From positions 480,001 through 544,000 of the forward strand of contig CAVPQB010000004.1 of the NCBI GenBank assembly GCA_963707505.1: a stretch of DNA of 64,000 bases. Reading direction: 5' to 3'. The position numbers and the translations under genes were made by a program. Each line of letters begins with the position of its first letter. Position 1 is the stretch's first letter. The notes under the pieces were generated by a model. The model was not told the origin of the DNA, did no database searches, and worked only from the letters and a program-made list of their open reading frames with translations. The DNA is from an uncultured Gemmatimonadales bacterium (GTDB lineage: Bacteria > Gemmatimonadota > Gemmatimonadetes > Gemmatimonadales > Gemmatimonadaceae). Positions 51,271 through 59,925 of the stretch are shown piece by piece.

Positions 51271-52055
51271 TAGAGATCAATCTTCTACCCGGCGCCAAGC
51301 GTACCACTCGCCGTGGTGTCGACTTCGCACCCGGCGCGGCCATCGCGAATCTCGGTGCCAACTTAAAGGACAAGTACCTCATATTTGCCGTCGCTGGCGT
51401 CGTACTCGGTCTCGGCGGAATCGCAGGCATGTATCTGTTGCAGGCGAGACAGCAGAGCGCCGTGGACGCACGCGAATCCGCGGCTGCGACCGACTCCGCC
51501 CGCTTTGCCGCGGTACTCACTGCGCGCAGTCGCGCAGAGACGACGCGTGACTCGGTGTATCAGCAGCTTGCCATCATCAAGTCGATCGATGATACGCGAT
51601 ACACATGGCCGCACATACTCGAGGCCGTAAACCTCGCGGTCCCGCAGTACACCTGGCTGGTCTCGATAACCCAGACGAGTGCTGTCACCACTACCGCGGC
51701 AATGATCGGCGACACGTCCACCGCTGGAAAGGCGAAGGCAGACAGCATCAAGAAGACTGGCGGCATGAAGCAGGCTTCATCCGCGTCGCGCAAGGCTCAC
51801 GCGGACTCGCTGTTCAGCGGAGTTGCGAACACGATGACGTTCCGTGTCGTCGGGCAGACTGTCGATGTCCAGGCTCTGACGCAATTCATGAAGAACCTCG
51901 AGGCGTCTCCGTTCATCAAGAATGTACAGCTGACCCGCTCTGATCTCGTCACGGCCGAAGGCAAGGAAGTGACAGAGTTCCAGCTCGAAGCGCAGGCGGA
52001 AGTTCCGCCTGCGCATGTACTGCAGACGGTTCCACTTTCAATAGCGGTGCGCTAG
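51267..52055 (+). CDS. pilN: PilN
   Basis: MIEINLLP motif, one TM segment, P..TWL and FMKNLEASPF. Confidence 0.9.
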   Translation: MIEINLLPGAKRTTRRGVDFAPGAAIANLGANLKDKYLIFAVAGVVLGLGGIAGMYLLQARQQSAVDARESAAATDSARFAAVLTARSRAETTRDSVYQQLAIIKSIDDTRYTWPHILEAVNLAVPQYTWLVSITQTSAVTTTAAMIGDTSTAGKAKADSIKKTGGMKQASSASRKAHADSLFSGVANTMTFRVVGQTVDVQALTQFMKNLEASPFIKNVQLTRSDLVTAEGKEVTEFQLEAQAEVPPAHVLQTVPLSIAVR

Positions 52056-52056
52056 C

Positions 52057-52671
52057 ATGGCAATCGGCGCAAACATGACCCAGCGCGAACAGGCGCTGGT
52101 CGGATCCGGAATCATTGCGATTCTGCTCGCTGTGGCGTTCTGGTGGTTCATCTTCACGCCGAAGGCCGTGACGATCGGCTCGCTCAGTGCCCACGTCGAT
52201 TCCGTCGAAACGAACAATCGCAAGGCGCGTGTCGCCATAGCTCGCGGCACCGTGCAGCAGTTGCAGACCGAAGCTGCGCAATACCAGAAGAATCTGGACA
52301 TGATGCGCGAGCTCGTACCAACGTCGAACGAAGTTCCTTCGCTCCTCGAGAATGTATCCACGGCGGCACGGCGGGTGGGACTCGACCTCGCGTCGGTCGA
52401 GCCGGTCCCTGTGATTCCTGGAGAGCAGTTCGATACGTACCGCTACAAGGTGTCGGTGATGGGCGGCTATCACGAGCTCGCCGAATTCCTCACGAACGTC
52501 GGCTCGCTCAACCGCATCATGGCGCCACTGGGGCTGGATCTCAAGATCCACCCGGGCGAGAAAGACAAGTCGCATCAGAAGGCTGGTGAGTCACTGCTCG
52601 ACGCAAGCTTTCAACTCCAGACCTACGTCGCACGCACAACTCCGCTTGTGCTGAGCAAGGAGACAAAATGA
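52057..52671 (+). CDS. pilO: PilO
   Basis: TM plus coiled coil; LVPTSNEVPSLL, GGYHELAEFL..VGSLNRI. Confidence 0.9.
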   Translation: MAIGANMTQREQALVGSGIIAILLAVAFWWFIFTPKAVTIGSLSAHVDSVETNNRKARVAIARGTVQQLQTEAAQYQKNLDMMRELVPTSNEVPSLLENVSTAARRVGLDLASVEPVPVIPGEQFDTYRYKVSVMGGYHELAEFLTNVGSLNRIMAPLGLDLKIHPGEKDKSHQKAGESLLDASFQLQTYVARTTPLVLSKETK

Positions 52672-53156
52672 CGACGCACAAGCGTAACGGCGTTGTGAAT
52701 CATCCTCTCGCGATTGCAGCGACGTTGGTGATGGCACTCGCCTTGTTGCTGCTGGTCAAGGGTGATGCACATGCCCAGGCTGATGATGTCGCAGACGCCG
52801 GCAGCAGTCGGGACAGCGCGACCACTGTCACGTTCAATCGCGAAGTCTTTCGATACGATCCGGATGGCCGGCGTGATCCGTTCGTATCGCTGGTCAAGAG
52901 CAGCGAGATCCGGCCTACGCTATCGGATCTGCGCCTGACAACCATCGCATTCGATCCCCTCGGACGGAACTCTGTCGCAGTTCTCCGTGATCTCGGGACG
53001 AAGGAGCAGTACCGCGTCAAGGTCGGCACCGCACTGGGCCGCATGCGCGTCGTTCGAATCGATCCAAAGGTCGTCACGTTTGCGCTCGAGGAATTCGGAT
53101 TCAGTCGTCAGGAAACGCTCGCGATCGGTGATACCACAATAAAGAGGACACCATGA
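52668..53156 (+). CDS. pilP: PilP-like protein
   Basis: Lies between pilO and pilQ; F.Y...GRRDPF motif; YRVKVG..LG...V..I. Confidence 0.7.
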   Translation: MTTHKRNGVVNHPLAIAATLVMALALLLLVKGDAHAQADDVADAGSSRDSATTVTFNREVFRYDPDGRRDPFVSLVKSSEIRPTLSDLRLTTIAFDPLGRNSVAVLRDLGTKEQYRVKVGTALGRMRVVRIDPKVVTFALEEFGFSRQETLAIGDTTIKRTP

Positions 53157-55144
53157 AGTTGCCCCTGATCACCCTCGCCGCGTTCGCAATCGCGCCGGGT
53201 CATTCTCTCACTCCTACCGCGTCACAGTCGTACGCCGCGTGTTCTGGTGTCTGTTCCAGGACAACCGCACCGACCGTAACTGGAGTGAGCGTCGTCCCCG
53301 CGACTGGCCACGCTGACGTCGTGATCGGCGTTCAGACTCCGGTCGAGGTCCAGGATTTCACGCTCGACGCCCCGTATCGCGTCGTGGTGGACATCAAGGG
53401 AGCTTCGCTTTCCGAGACACCGTCGGCATATGATAAAGTCGCGCGCGGCGGAATCACCGACGTGCGTGTATCACAGTTCTCAGCGACGGTCGTCCGGGTT
53501 GTGCTGCAACTCGACGGCTCTCATCCATACGAGGTGCACCGCGGCAACAACGAGGTGCGCATCGCGGTTAGCGGTGGCTCTGGTGGTTTCGCCTCCTGGA
53601 CCGGCCTCAACGGACGCGCGGCCGACGTCGCGCAGGGTAATGCTCGCTCCGACGATGACGCTTCGCCGTCGATCGCACCGCCGCGCTCCACGATGACCGT
53701 CGTGAGTCAGCCGTCATATTTGCCGAGCGTGCAGCAATCGACGCAGCCGCGAATCACGGTCACATATCAGGACGCCGACATTCGCGACGTCATCGCGGCG
53801 TTTGCGACCTTCGCCGGGCGCACGATCGTTACGGGTCGCGACGTTACCGGGACGGTTACTGCCGAGATTCGGAATCAACCATGGGACGTCGCGCTTCGCG
53901 CGATCCTGCAGGGACAGGGGCTTGCCGCGTCGGAAGATCCGGCGTCCGGAATCATCACGGTCGACAGCTACGCCAACGTACAGGCCCGTCAGGCCTTCGA
54001 GCCGTTGGTCACTCAGCTCATTCCGGTCAACTACGCAAAGGCGGATTCGCTGGTACCCGTTGTCACCAAGCTGCTCGCAAAGGATTGCGTTACCGGTGGA
54101 CCGTCCAGTGCAGCTGGCGCGGCCGGAAGCGGCGCGGCGACCAGCTTCGGCAACCAGACGTGCATCACGCGTGGCGCGGTCGCCTCGAACCCAGGCACCA
54201 ACACGCTGATCGTGACCGAGACGCCGTCGCGCATCGCCGGCATCATCAATTACGTCGAGGCGCTCGACGTTCGGACGCCGCAGGTTTCGATCAAGGCGAA
54301 GATCGTGTTCGTCGATCGCACCAACATCGAGGACCTTGGGCTGTCGTACGACCTGGGCACTCAGAACCAGTTCTTCAGCACGCTCGCGCCGCGCATCGAT
54401 CCCACCACGCTCAAACCCATCACCAATGCAGACGGCGTACCGACTGGACTTGGCGGCGGCACACCGATTACGGGAAACCGAATCGCGCTGGGTGGCAACA
54501 CGCTTTCCGGCATCGCAGACGCGAACAATCGGATAGCATCGCCGGCCTTGCAGCTTGTCTACTCCGCTGCGATCGGTCACTTCTCGCTCACGAGTTTCCT
54601 GGACGCTCTTCAGGAAGTACGCCTTGCCGATCTGCAGGCGGAGCCGAGCATCGTGACGGTGGATAACAGGCAGGCAAGCATTCAGGTAGGCCAGGACATC
54701 CCGGTGCGCGTGCTCGACCTGAGCACACAACAGTCTGGCGCGGCCGGAGCGGTTCAGCCGAAAGCGACAGTGAGCTTCCACTCGGTCGGTATCATCCTCC
54801 AGGTCACTCCGCACATCACGAACAACCATCAGGTGCTGTTGGACGTTCACGCGGAGAACTCGGATGCGCAGCTCGCAGGATCCGACATCGGGTACGTATT
54901 CAACAAACAGAGCGCGGACAACCGGCTCCTCGTGAACGACGGCGAAACTGCGGTCATCGGTGGTCTCACCGTCACGCAGGTGACGCAGAGCAAGAGTGGC
55001 ATTCCCGTGCTCGTTGACCTTCCGCTGGTTGGCAAGCTGTTCGGTGTTACGCAGAAGTCCGAAGAGAAGCGCGACCTTCTCATTCTCATCACGCCGCATG
55101 TCATCGACGACGGTGAGCGCGTGAGATCGACTCGTGAGCGGTAA
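53153..55144 (+). CDS. pilQ: Type IV pilus secretin PilQ with AMIN domain
   Basis: AMIN (FTLDAPYRVVVDI), ADIRDV, PWDVAL, QVSIKAKIV, L.VTPHIT, GIPVLVDLPLVGKLF, LLILITPHVI. Confidence 0.95.
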   Translation: MKLPLITLAAFAIAPGHSLTPTASQSYAACSGVCSRTTAPTVTGVSVVPATGHADVVIGVQTPVEVQDFTLDAPYRVVVDIKGASLSETPSAYDKVARGGITDVRVSQFSATVVRVVLQLDGSHPYEVHRGNNEVRIAVSGGSGGFASWTGLNGRAADVAQGNARSDDDASPSIAPPRSTMTVVSQPSYLPSVQQSTQPRITVTYQDADIRDVIAAFATFAGRTIVTGRDVTGTVTAEIRNQPWDVALRAILQGQGLAASEDPASGIITVDSYANVQARQAFEPLVTQLIPVNYAKADSLVPVVTKLLAKDCVTGGPSSAAGAAGSGAATSFGNQTCITRGAVASNPGTNTLIVTETPSRIAGIINYVEALDVRTPQVSIKAKIVFVDRTNIEDLGLSYDLGTQNQFFSTLAPRIDPTTLKPITNADGVPTGLGGGTPITGNRIALGGNTLSGIADANNRIASPALQLVYSAAIGHFSLTSFLDALQEVRLADLQAEPSIVTVDNRQASIQVGQDIPVRVLDLSTQQSGAAGAVQPKATVSFHSVGIILQVTPHITNNHQVLLDVHAENSDAQLAGSDIGYVFNKQSADNRLLVNDGETAVIGGLTVTQVTQSKSGIPVLVDLPLVGKLFGVTQKSEEKRDLLILITPHVIDDGERVRSTRER

Positions 55145-55145
55145 C

Positions 55146-57677
55146 ATGACAAAGCACATTGGACAATCCGTCGTGGTAATTGCGGCGCTCGCCCTCGGCG
55201 CGCTCGCGTGCAGCGATCAGGCCCTGGATGGAACGAGCGATCACACCGCGCCGACCATCGCTATGGCGAAGGTGACGAGCAGTGTGGATTCCGTACTCTC
55301 CTTCTCCGCGAGCGTCGGAGACAATCTTGGAATCGCACGCGTGCACGTAGACGCGACAGGCGGCGTGACGGCTGCCTTCGATACCGTCTTTCACTCAGCG
55401 GTGACGAGCACGAGCCTTTCATTCTCGCTCTCGGTGCCGCGGAGCGTTCCAGCGGGAACGCCGGTGACCGTGGTTGGAATCGTATACGACGGGGCGGGAA
55501 ACAGCTCCAGGCCGGATACACTCAAGCTCGGCACCGGAAATCTCGCACCGGCGAATGTTGTGATCACGGCACCGGTAACCGGGTCCACTACCATCGTGGG
55601 CAAGTCGACAGTCATCGGGGTCACTGGGACCAGCAAGGTCAAGGTTCAGTGGCTTGGCTACCAGACATCGGGCGCCTTTACATCTTCGGATTCGATCGCG
55701 TTCTCGAGTCCGCTCAGCGATTCCATGGCCACACAGCTGACGATGGCGGTTCCTCCGTCGACTGCCGTCGGCGCGGTAACTCTCACGCCATTCATTCGCG
55801 ACTCACTCGGCAACCGTGGGCTCGGTACGCCAATCACGTTGCAGGTGAAGACGGCGACCGGCGTGAAAGCGCCAGCACTTGTCAACTTCGGATCTGACAA
55901 GCGTGTCGAGGTGAATGACACGCTCTCTGTAACCGCGACCGACACCACCGGTTCGGGCATAACCGATATCGGCTACGAGATCAGCGGCAGCGTCGGCGGA
56001 CCGGTAGTCGTGCAGGGCGATTCGACTTCCGACGGACACCTGACGTCGCTCCCGCGCAAGTTCAATCTGAAGATTCCAAGCAGCATGGTACCCCCGTTCC
56101 CGACGACCGTGTACGTCAAGGCGTTCGCGACGACGGCCAGTGGCGCGAAGGGCTACGCGAAGCTAGCCAGCGGAATCGACCGGGTCGACACGCTCGTCGT
56201 GGTTGCCGGCGTTACGCGCCAGGTTCCAAACGGCGGCACGATTGCGGACGCGATCTATCATCCACGTTACGACAAGCTTTACCTCACGAACATCGATCGC
56301 AACGAGCTCGAAGTATTCAACCTCGGCGATTCCAGCTTCAAGTCACCGATCGCGGTCGGATCCCGCCCGTGGGGCATCGCCCCGTGGCCGCGCAACCCGT
56401 CCACGGGTGATTACGGCGACACGCTTCTGGTCGCAAATTCCGGTGGTACTTCAATCGGATATGTAAGCCTCGTCGATCGCTCGATTCCGTTCTCGAGTGA
56501 AGGGCGGGAAGTGTATCGATATCCTCTGCCCCACATGCGGGCGCTCACGGTGAAGACCGTTGCAGCCACAGGCACTAACCCGCCCGTGAATATTTCGCAG
56601 AAGACGCCGTACGACTTCAGCGACAGGCCGCAATACCTGGCGCCAACGTGCCGCACTTCGTCACCGTTCCCTTCTGGCACGACCTGCGACCAGGTGATTC
56701 TCGTGTACTCGACTACGCCAACACCCGGTCAGACGGCACCGTTCGCCAACGAGGGAACCGTACGCTACGAAAACCTGACCACGAAGAGTTCGCACTTCTT
56801 CTTCGAGCAGGCGATGGGTCAGACGTCCGGAACAGCGGATTCGCTCGAGATCGACCGGTTTGGCGTCAATTGCGACAGAAACGGCCAGAACTGTGCAGCT
56901 GGCTCTGATTCGGTTCTCGTACCGTTCCAGCAGCCCCTCGGGACGACGCCGCATGTGCCGAAATTTGCTGGCGATACCATCACCAAGCTGGATACGACAT
57001 TCTACTCGATTGTCGTCCAGCTACCGTTGATGGGATTTCGCGACACTACGTTCGCGCGCAGTTCCGGTAACTTCGCTCGCGCCATTCTCGGAGAGGGCGG
57101 CGCAGTGCAGGGCAGCAGAATCATCGGATTCAACGCGGCGTTCGGACTGGATTCCACGATCACGCTGTCGAATGGGGTGGTCACCAAAATCCCGATACCG
57201 GTCATCGACCTTGGAGTTTCTCCTCCCGAGCGCGTGGCCGATCTCACGGCGAATACGTTCGCTCGCGTGGGCGGTGTCGCCATTAACTTCGACGGTGCGC
57301 TCGCCGCAGTTCGGGCGGACTCGATCTATCTCTTCAATCAGGATCTCAGACACCAGGGAACATTCCAGACCGCGACGTCGGGCAACCCAGGTTTTGACTT
57401 CGATCCGCGCAACAGCGGAAACGGCATCACGGCGTCGTCGCCGCTCAAGTCGTGCTATTCATTTGCGGCTTCGACAGAGCCATCCATTGAGGTGTACGAG
57501 AACAATCACTTCAAGCGTATCGCAGTGATCCCGATCAAAAACCCGATCATCGGACCAATCAAATCCGCCGTGCGTCAGCCCAGCGGTCAGCTGATTCTCG
57601 TTGGGGCAACCGCGAAGGGCGTTGTGATCGTGAACGTCGATCCGACACTGTTCGGCGGAGCCAGCTGCCCACCGTAA
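55146..57677 (+). CDS. Large lipoprotein with Ig-like N-terminal modules and a YVTN-like beta-propeller
   Basis: Lipobox ALA|C; D.TAPT...YDGAGN Ig-like motif; LYLTNIDRNELEVFNL, IAVGSRPWGI, LLVANSGGTSI. Confidence 0.75.
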   Translation: MTKHIGQSVVVIAALALGALACSDQALDGTSDHTAPTIAMAKVTSSVDSVLSFSASVGDNLGIARVHVDATGGVTAAFDTVFHSAVTSTSLSFSLSVPRSVPAGTPVTVVGIVYDGAGNSSRPDTLKLGTGNLAPANVVITAPVTGSTTIVGKSTVIGVTGTSKVKVQWLGYQTSGAFTSSDSIAFSSPLSDSMATQLTMAVPPSTAVGAVTLTPFIRDSLGNRGLGTPITLQVKTATGVKAPALVNFGSDKRVEVNDTLSVTATDTTGSGITDIGYEISGSVGGPVVVQGDSTSDGHLTSLPRKFNLKIPSSMVPPFPTTVYVKAFATTASGAKGYAKLASGIDRVDTLVVVAGVTRQVPNGGTIADAIYHPRYDKLYLTNIDRNELEVFNLGDSSFKSPIAVGSRPWGIAPWPRNPSTGDYGDTLLVANSGGTSIGYVSLVDRSIPFSSEGREVYRYPLPHMRALTVKTVAATGTNPPVNISQKTPYDFSDRPQYLAPTCRTSSPFPSGTTCDQVILVYSTTPTPGQTAPFANEGTVRYENLTTKSSHFFFEQAMGQTSGTADSLEIDRFGVNCDRNGQNCAAGSDSVLVPFQQPLGTTPHVPKFAGDTITKLDTTFYSIVVQLPLMGFRDTTFARSSGNFARAILGEGGAVQGSRIIGFNAAFGLDSTITLSNGVVTKIPIPVIDLGVSPPERVADLTANTFARVGGVAINFDGALAAVRADSIYLFNQDLRHQGTFQTATSGNPGFDFDPRNSGNGITASSPLKSCYSFAASTEPSIEVYENNHFKRIAVIPIKNPIIGPIKSAVRQPSGQLILVGATAKGVVIVNVDPTLFGGASCPP

Positions 57678-57707
57678 GCTCGGACGTGCAAGAGAAAAGT
57701 CGTTACT

Positions 57708-57738
57708 AACGGAGCCCGGCGATGAGCCGGGCTTTGTT
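57708..57738 (+). terminator. Intrinsic terminator after the pilM-Q operon
   Basis: AACGGAGCCCGGC-GATGA-GCCGGGCTTTGTT followed by AT-rich sequence. Confidence 0.7.
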
Positions 57739-57829
57739 ATATCGCTGACCGATATACCGCGGTATTTTGTCCCCACTCGCCAGAATTCGTTTGCCGGACC
57801 GCCCCCGTCCGGGTTTATTATTGTCCCAA

Positions 57830-59053
57830 ATGCTTCGTTTTACTACTGCTGGCGAGTCGCACGGTGCAGCGCTCGTATCGATTCTCGAAGGAATGCCCGC
57901 TGGCGTCCCGTTACTCGTCGAAGATGTTGACGCACAGCTCGCACGCCGGCAGGCGGGCTACGGACGCGGCCGCAGAATGCAGATCGAAACGGACCGTGCG
58001 GAGATCCTGAGCGGGGTCCGAGCTGGCGAGACGCTTGGATCGCCGATTGCGATGCTCATTCGTAACCACGACTGGCGCAACTGGCAGGAGATCATGAGTC
58101 CGGCTCCGCTCCCGGATGAGTCGGAGGATTCCGGTCTGCGAAAGCGGGCTGTCACGCGTCCGCGCCCTGGACACGCAGATCTCGCTGGAATGCTCAAATA
58201 TGACCGGGCGGACGCACGAGACATACTGGAGCGCGCCTCTGCTCGCGAGACCACGGCGCGCGTTGCAGCGGGCGCTGTCTGCCGCACGTTGTTGAAACAG
58301 CTGGATGTGACGATTGGGAGCCATCTGGTCGAGCTGGGGGATGTCGTGGCATGCCGGCCCGAGCACCTGCCAGCCGACCTGAACGCGGCGGCCGACACCT
58401 CGCCACTTCGTACGCTCGATAGCGACGCAGAAGCACGCATGATAGCCCTCATCGACGAGGCCAGGCGATCCGGCGACACTCTGGGCGGAATCTGTGAGGT
58501 GGTAGTTACCGGCCTCCCCGTCGGCCTCGGATCGCATGTCTCGTGGGATCGCAAGCTCGATGGACGGCTTGCCGCGGCACTCATGTCCATTCCGGCCGTG
58601 AAGGGGGTCGAGATCGGTATGGGATTTCAGGCGGCGCGGTTGCACGGCTCACGTGTTCACGATGAGATCGATCCTTCAGAAGAGGCGGTCACCCGCGGCA
58701 GGTTGAGCCGGCGCAGCAACAACGCGGGCGGACTGGAAGGCGGTATGACCACCGGCGAACCGCTCGTTCTCCGAGTGGCCATGAAACCGATCAGCACACT
58801 GATGCGGCCGCTGGGATCCGTCGAGATGACGACACGCGAGAGCGCCGCATCCACGGTCGAGCGGAGCGATGTGACGGCCGTTCCGGCCATGGGAGTCATC
58901 GCGGAGGCAATGGCTGCCTTCATCCTGGCGGATTCGGCGCTCGAGAAGTTCGGCGGCGACTCGCTCAATGAGGTCCGGCGGAACCGTGACGGGTATCTAC
59001 TGTATCTGGCTGATCGCGACAGCGGTCATGTAACTGGGCATGACGCTGGGTGA
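57830..59053 (+). CDS. aroC: Chorismate synthase
   Basis: MLRFTTAGESHG, RPGHAD, ERASARET, SIPAVKGVEIG, NNAGGLEGG, MKPISTL. Confidence 0.97.
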   Translation: MLRFTTAGESHGAALVSILEGMPAGVPLLVEDVDAQLARRQAGYGRGRRMQIETDRAEILSGVRAGETLGSPIAMLIRNHDWRNWQEIMSPAPLPDESEDSGLRKRAVTRPRPGHADLAGMLKYDRADARDILERASARETTARVAAGAVCRTLLKQLDVTIGSHLVELGDVVACRPEHLPADLNAAADTSPLRTLDSDAEARMIALIDEARRSGDTLGGICEVVVTGLPVGLGSHVSWDRKLDGRLAAALMSIPAVKGVEIGMGFQAARLHGSRVHDEIDPSEEAVTRGRLSRRSNNAGGLEGGMTTGEPLVLRVAMKPISTLMRPLGSVEMTTRESAASTVERSDVTAVPAMGVIAEAMAAFILADSALEKFGGDSLNEVRRNRDGYLLYLADRDSGHVTGHDAG

Positions 59054-59610
59054 CGGCTGACGCGACGGTGAAGCATGTGGTGCTCATCGGGCTGCCAGGC
59101 GTTGGCAAGAGTACCGTCGGGCGCGGCGTTGCAGCTCGACTCAAGCGTGGCTTCATCGATCTCGACACACATATCGAACGATCGTTCGGAAAGACCGTAA
59201 GCAGGATTTTCGAGGAGGATGGCGAGGCTGTCTTCCGGAGAGCGGAAGCCCAGACCAGCGCAGCGGTTGCCCGGATGGCGCCCTCGGTGATCGCGCCGGG
59301 CGGTGGCTGGGTATTGAATTCCGACGCTACGGCACATTTGCTCGGCGCGGGACGTATCATATACCTTAGAGTGGCACCGGAGGCCGCCGTTCGTCGTATG
59401 GGACGGGGGATCCGGCGAAGGCCGTTACTGTTCAAGTCCGGGGACCCGTACGAAGCCATGCGCGTGATATATGAAGCACGCAAGGCGGCATACGAGGGAT
59501 GTTCGGAGATGACAGTCGAAACGGGTAATACCGCAAGATCCAACGTGATCGCCAGGGTGGTGGAGCTGGTGCTTTCCGCCGAGCGAGACTTCGAAAACGG
59601 GAATGACTGA
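59050..59610 (+). CDS. aroK: Shikimate kinase
   Basis: GLPGVGKSTVG, FIDLD, GEAVFR, GGG, RPLL. Confidence 0.93.
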   Translation: MTADATVKHVVLIGLPGVGKSTVGRGVAARLKRGFIDLDTHIERSFGKTVSRIFEEDGEAVFRRAEAQTSAAVARMAPSVIAPGGGWVLNSDATAHLLGAGRIIYLRVAPEAAVRRMGRGIRRRPLLFKSGDPYEAMRVIYEARKAAYEGCSEMTVETGNTARSNVIARVVELVLSAERDFENGND

Positions 59611-59866
59611 AGGAATAGACGGGTATAGCGTACCGCGCCCCATGCGCGTTCTGGGACCTCACGAGCGCAGCCGCTTCACGGCGGAAGCGTGGGGCTACCT
59701 GGTCGGTCTCAGCCGGTCGGGACTCCTTGACGCGACGGAGCTGGAGCATGTGATCGAGCGCGTACTCACGCATTTCGACGGGCGTGTCGCGTTGACCGAC
59801 CTCCGACTCGTGCTGGGCGACGGGAGCCCGGATGGCGGCGATGCCTCTCCGATCACCACGCACTGA
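59603..59866 (+). CDS. Short Smg/DUF494-like protein
   Basis: RVLGPHERSRFTAEAWGYL..L...G.L....LEHVIERVL resembles the C-terminal half of Smg; located just before topA. Confidence 0.65.
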   Translation: MTEGIDGYSVPRPMRVLGPHERSRFTAEAWGYLVGLSRSGLLDATELEHVIERVLTHFDGRVALTDLRLVLGDGSPDGGDASPITTH

Positions 59867-59925
59867 AAGAATCAGAACGTACTAATTACGCATTGAATCC
59901 GGAGCAATCCGGCAACGGTAAAATC

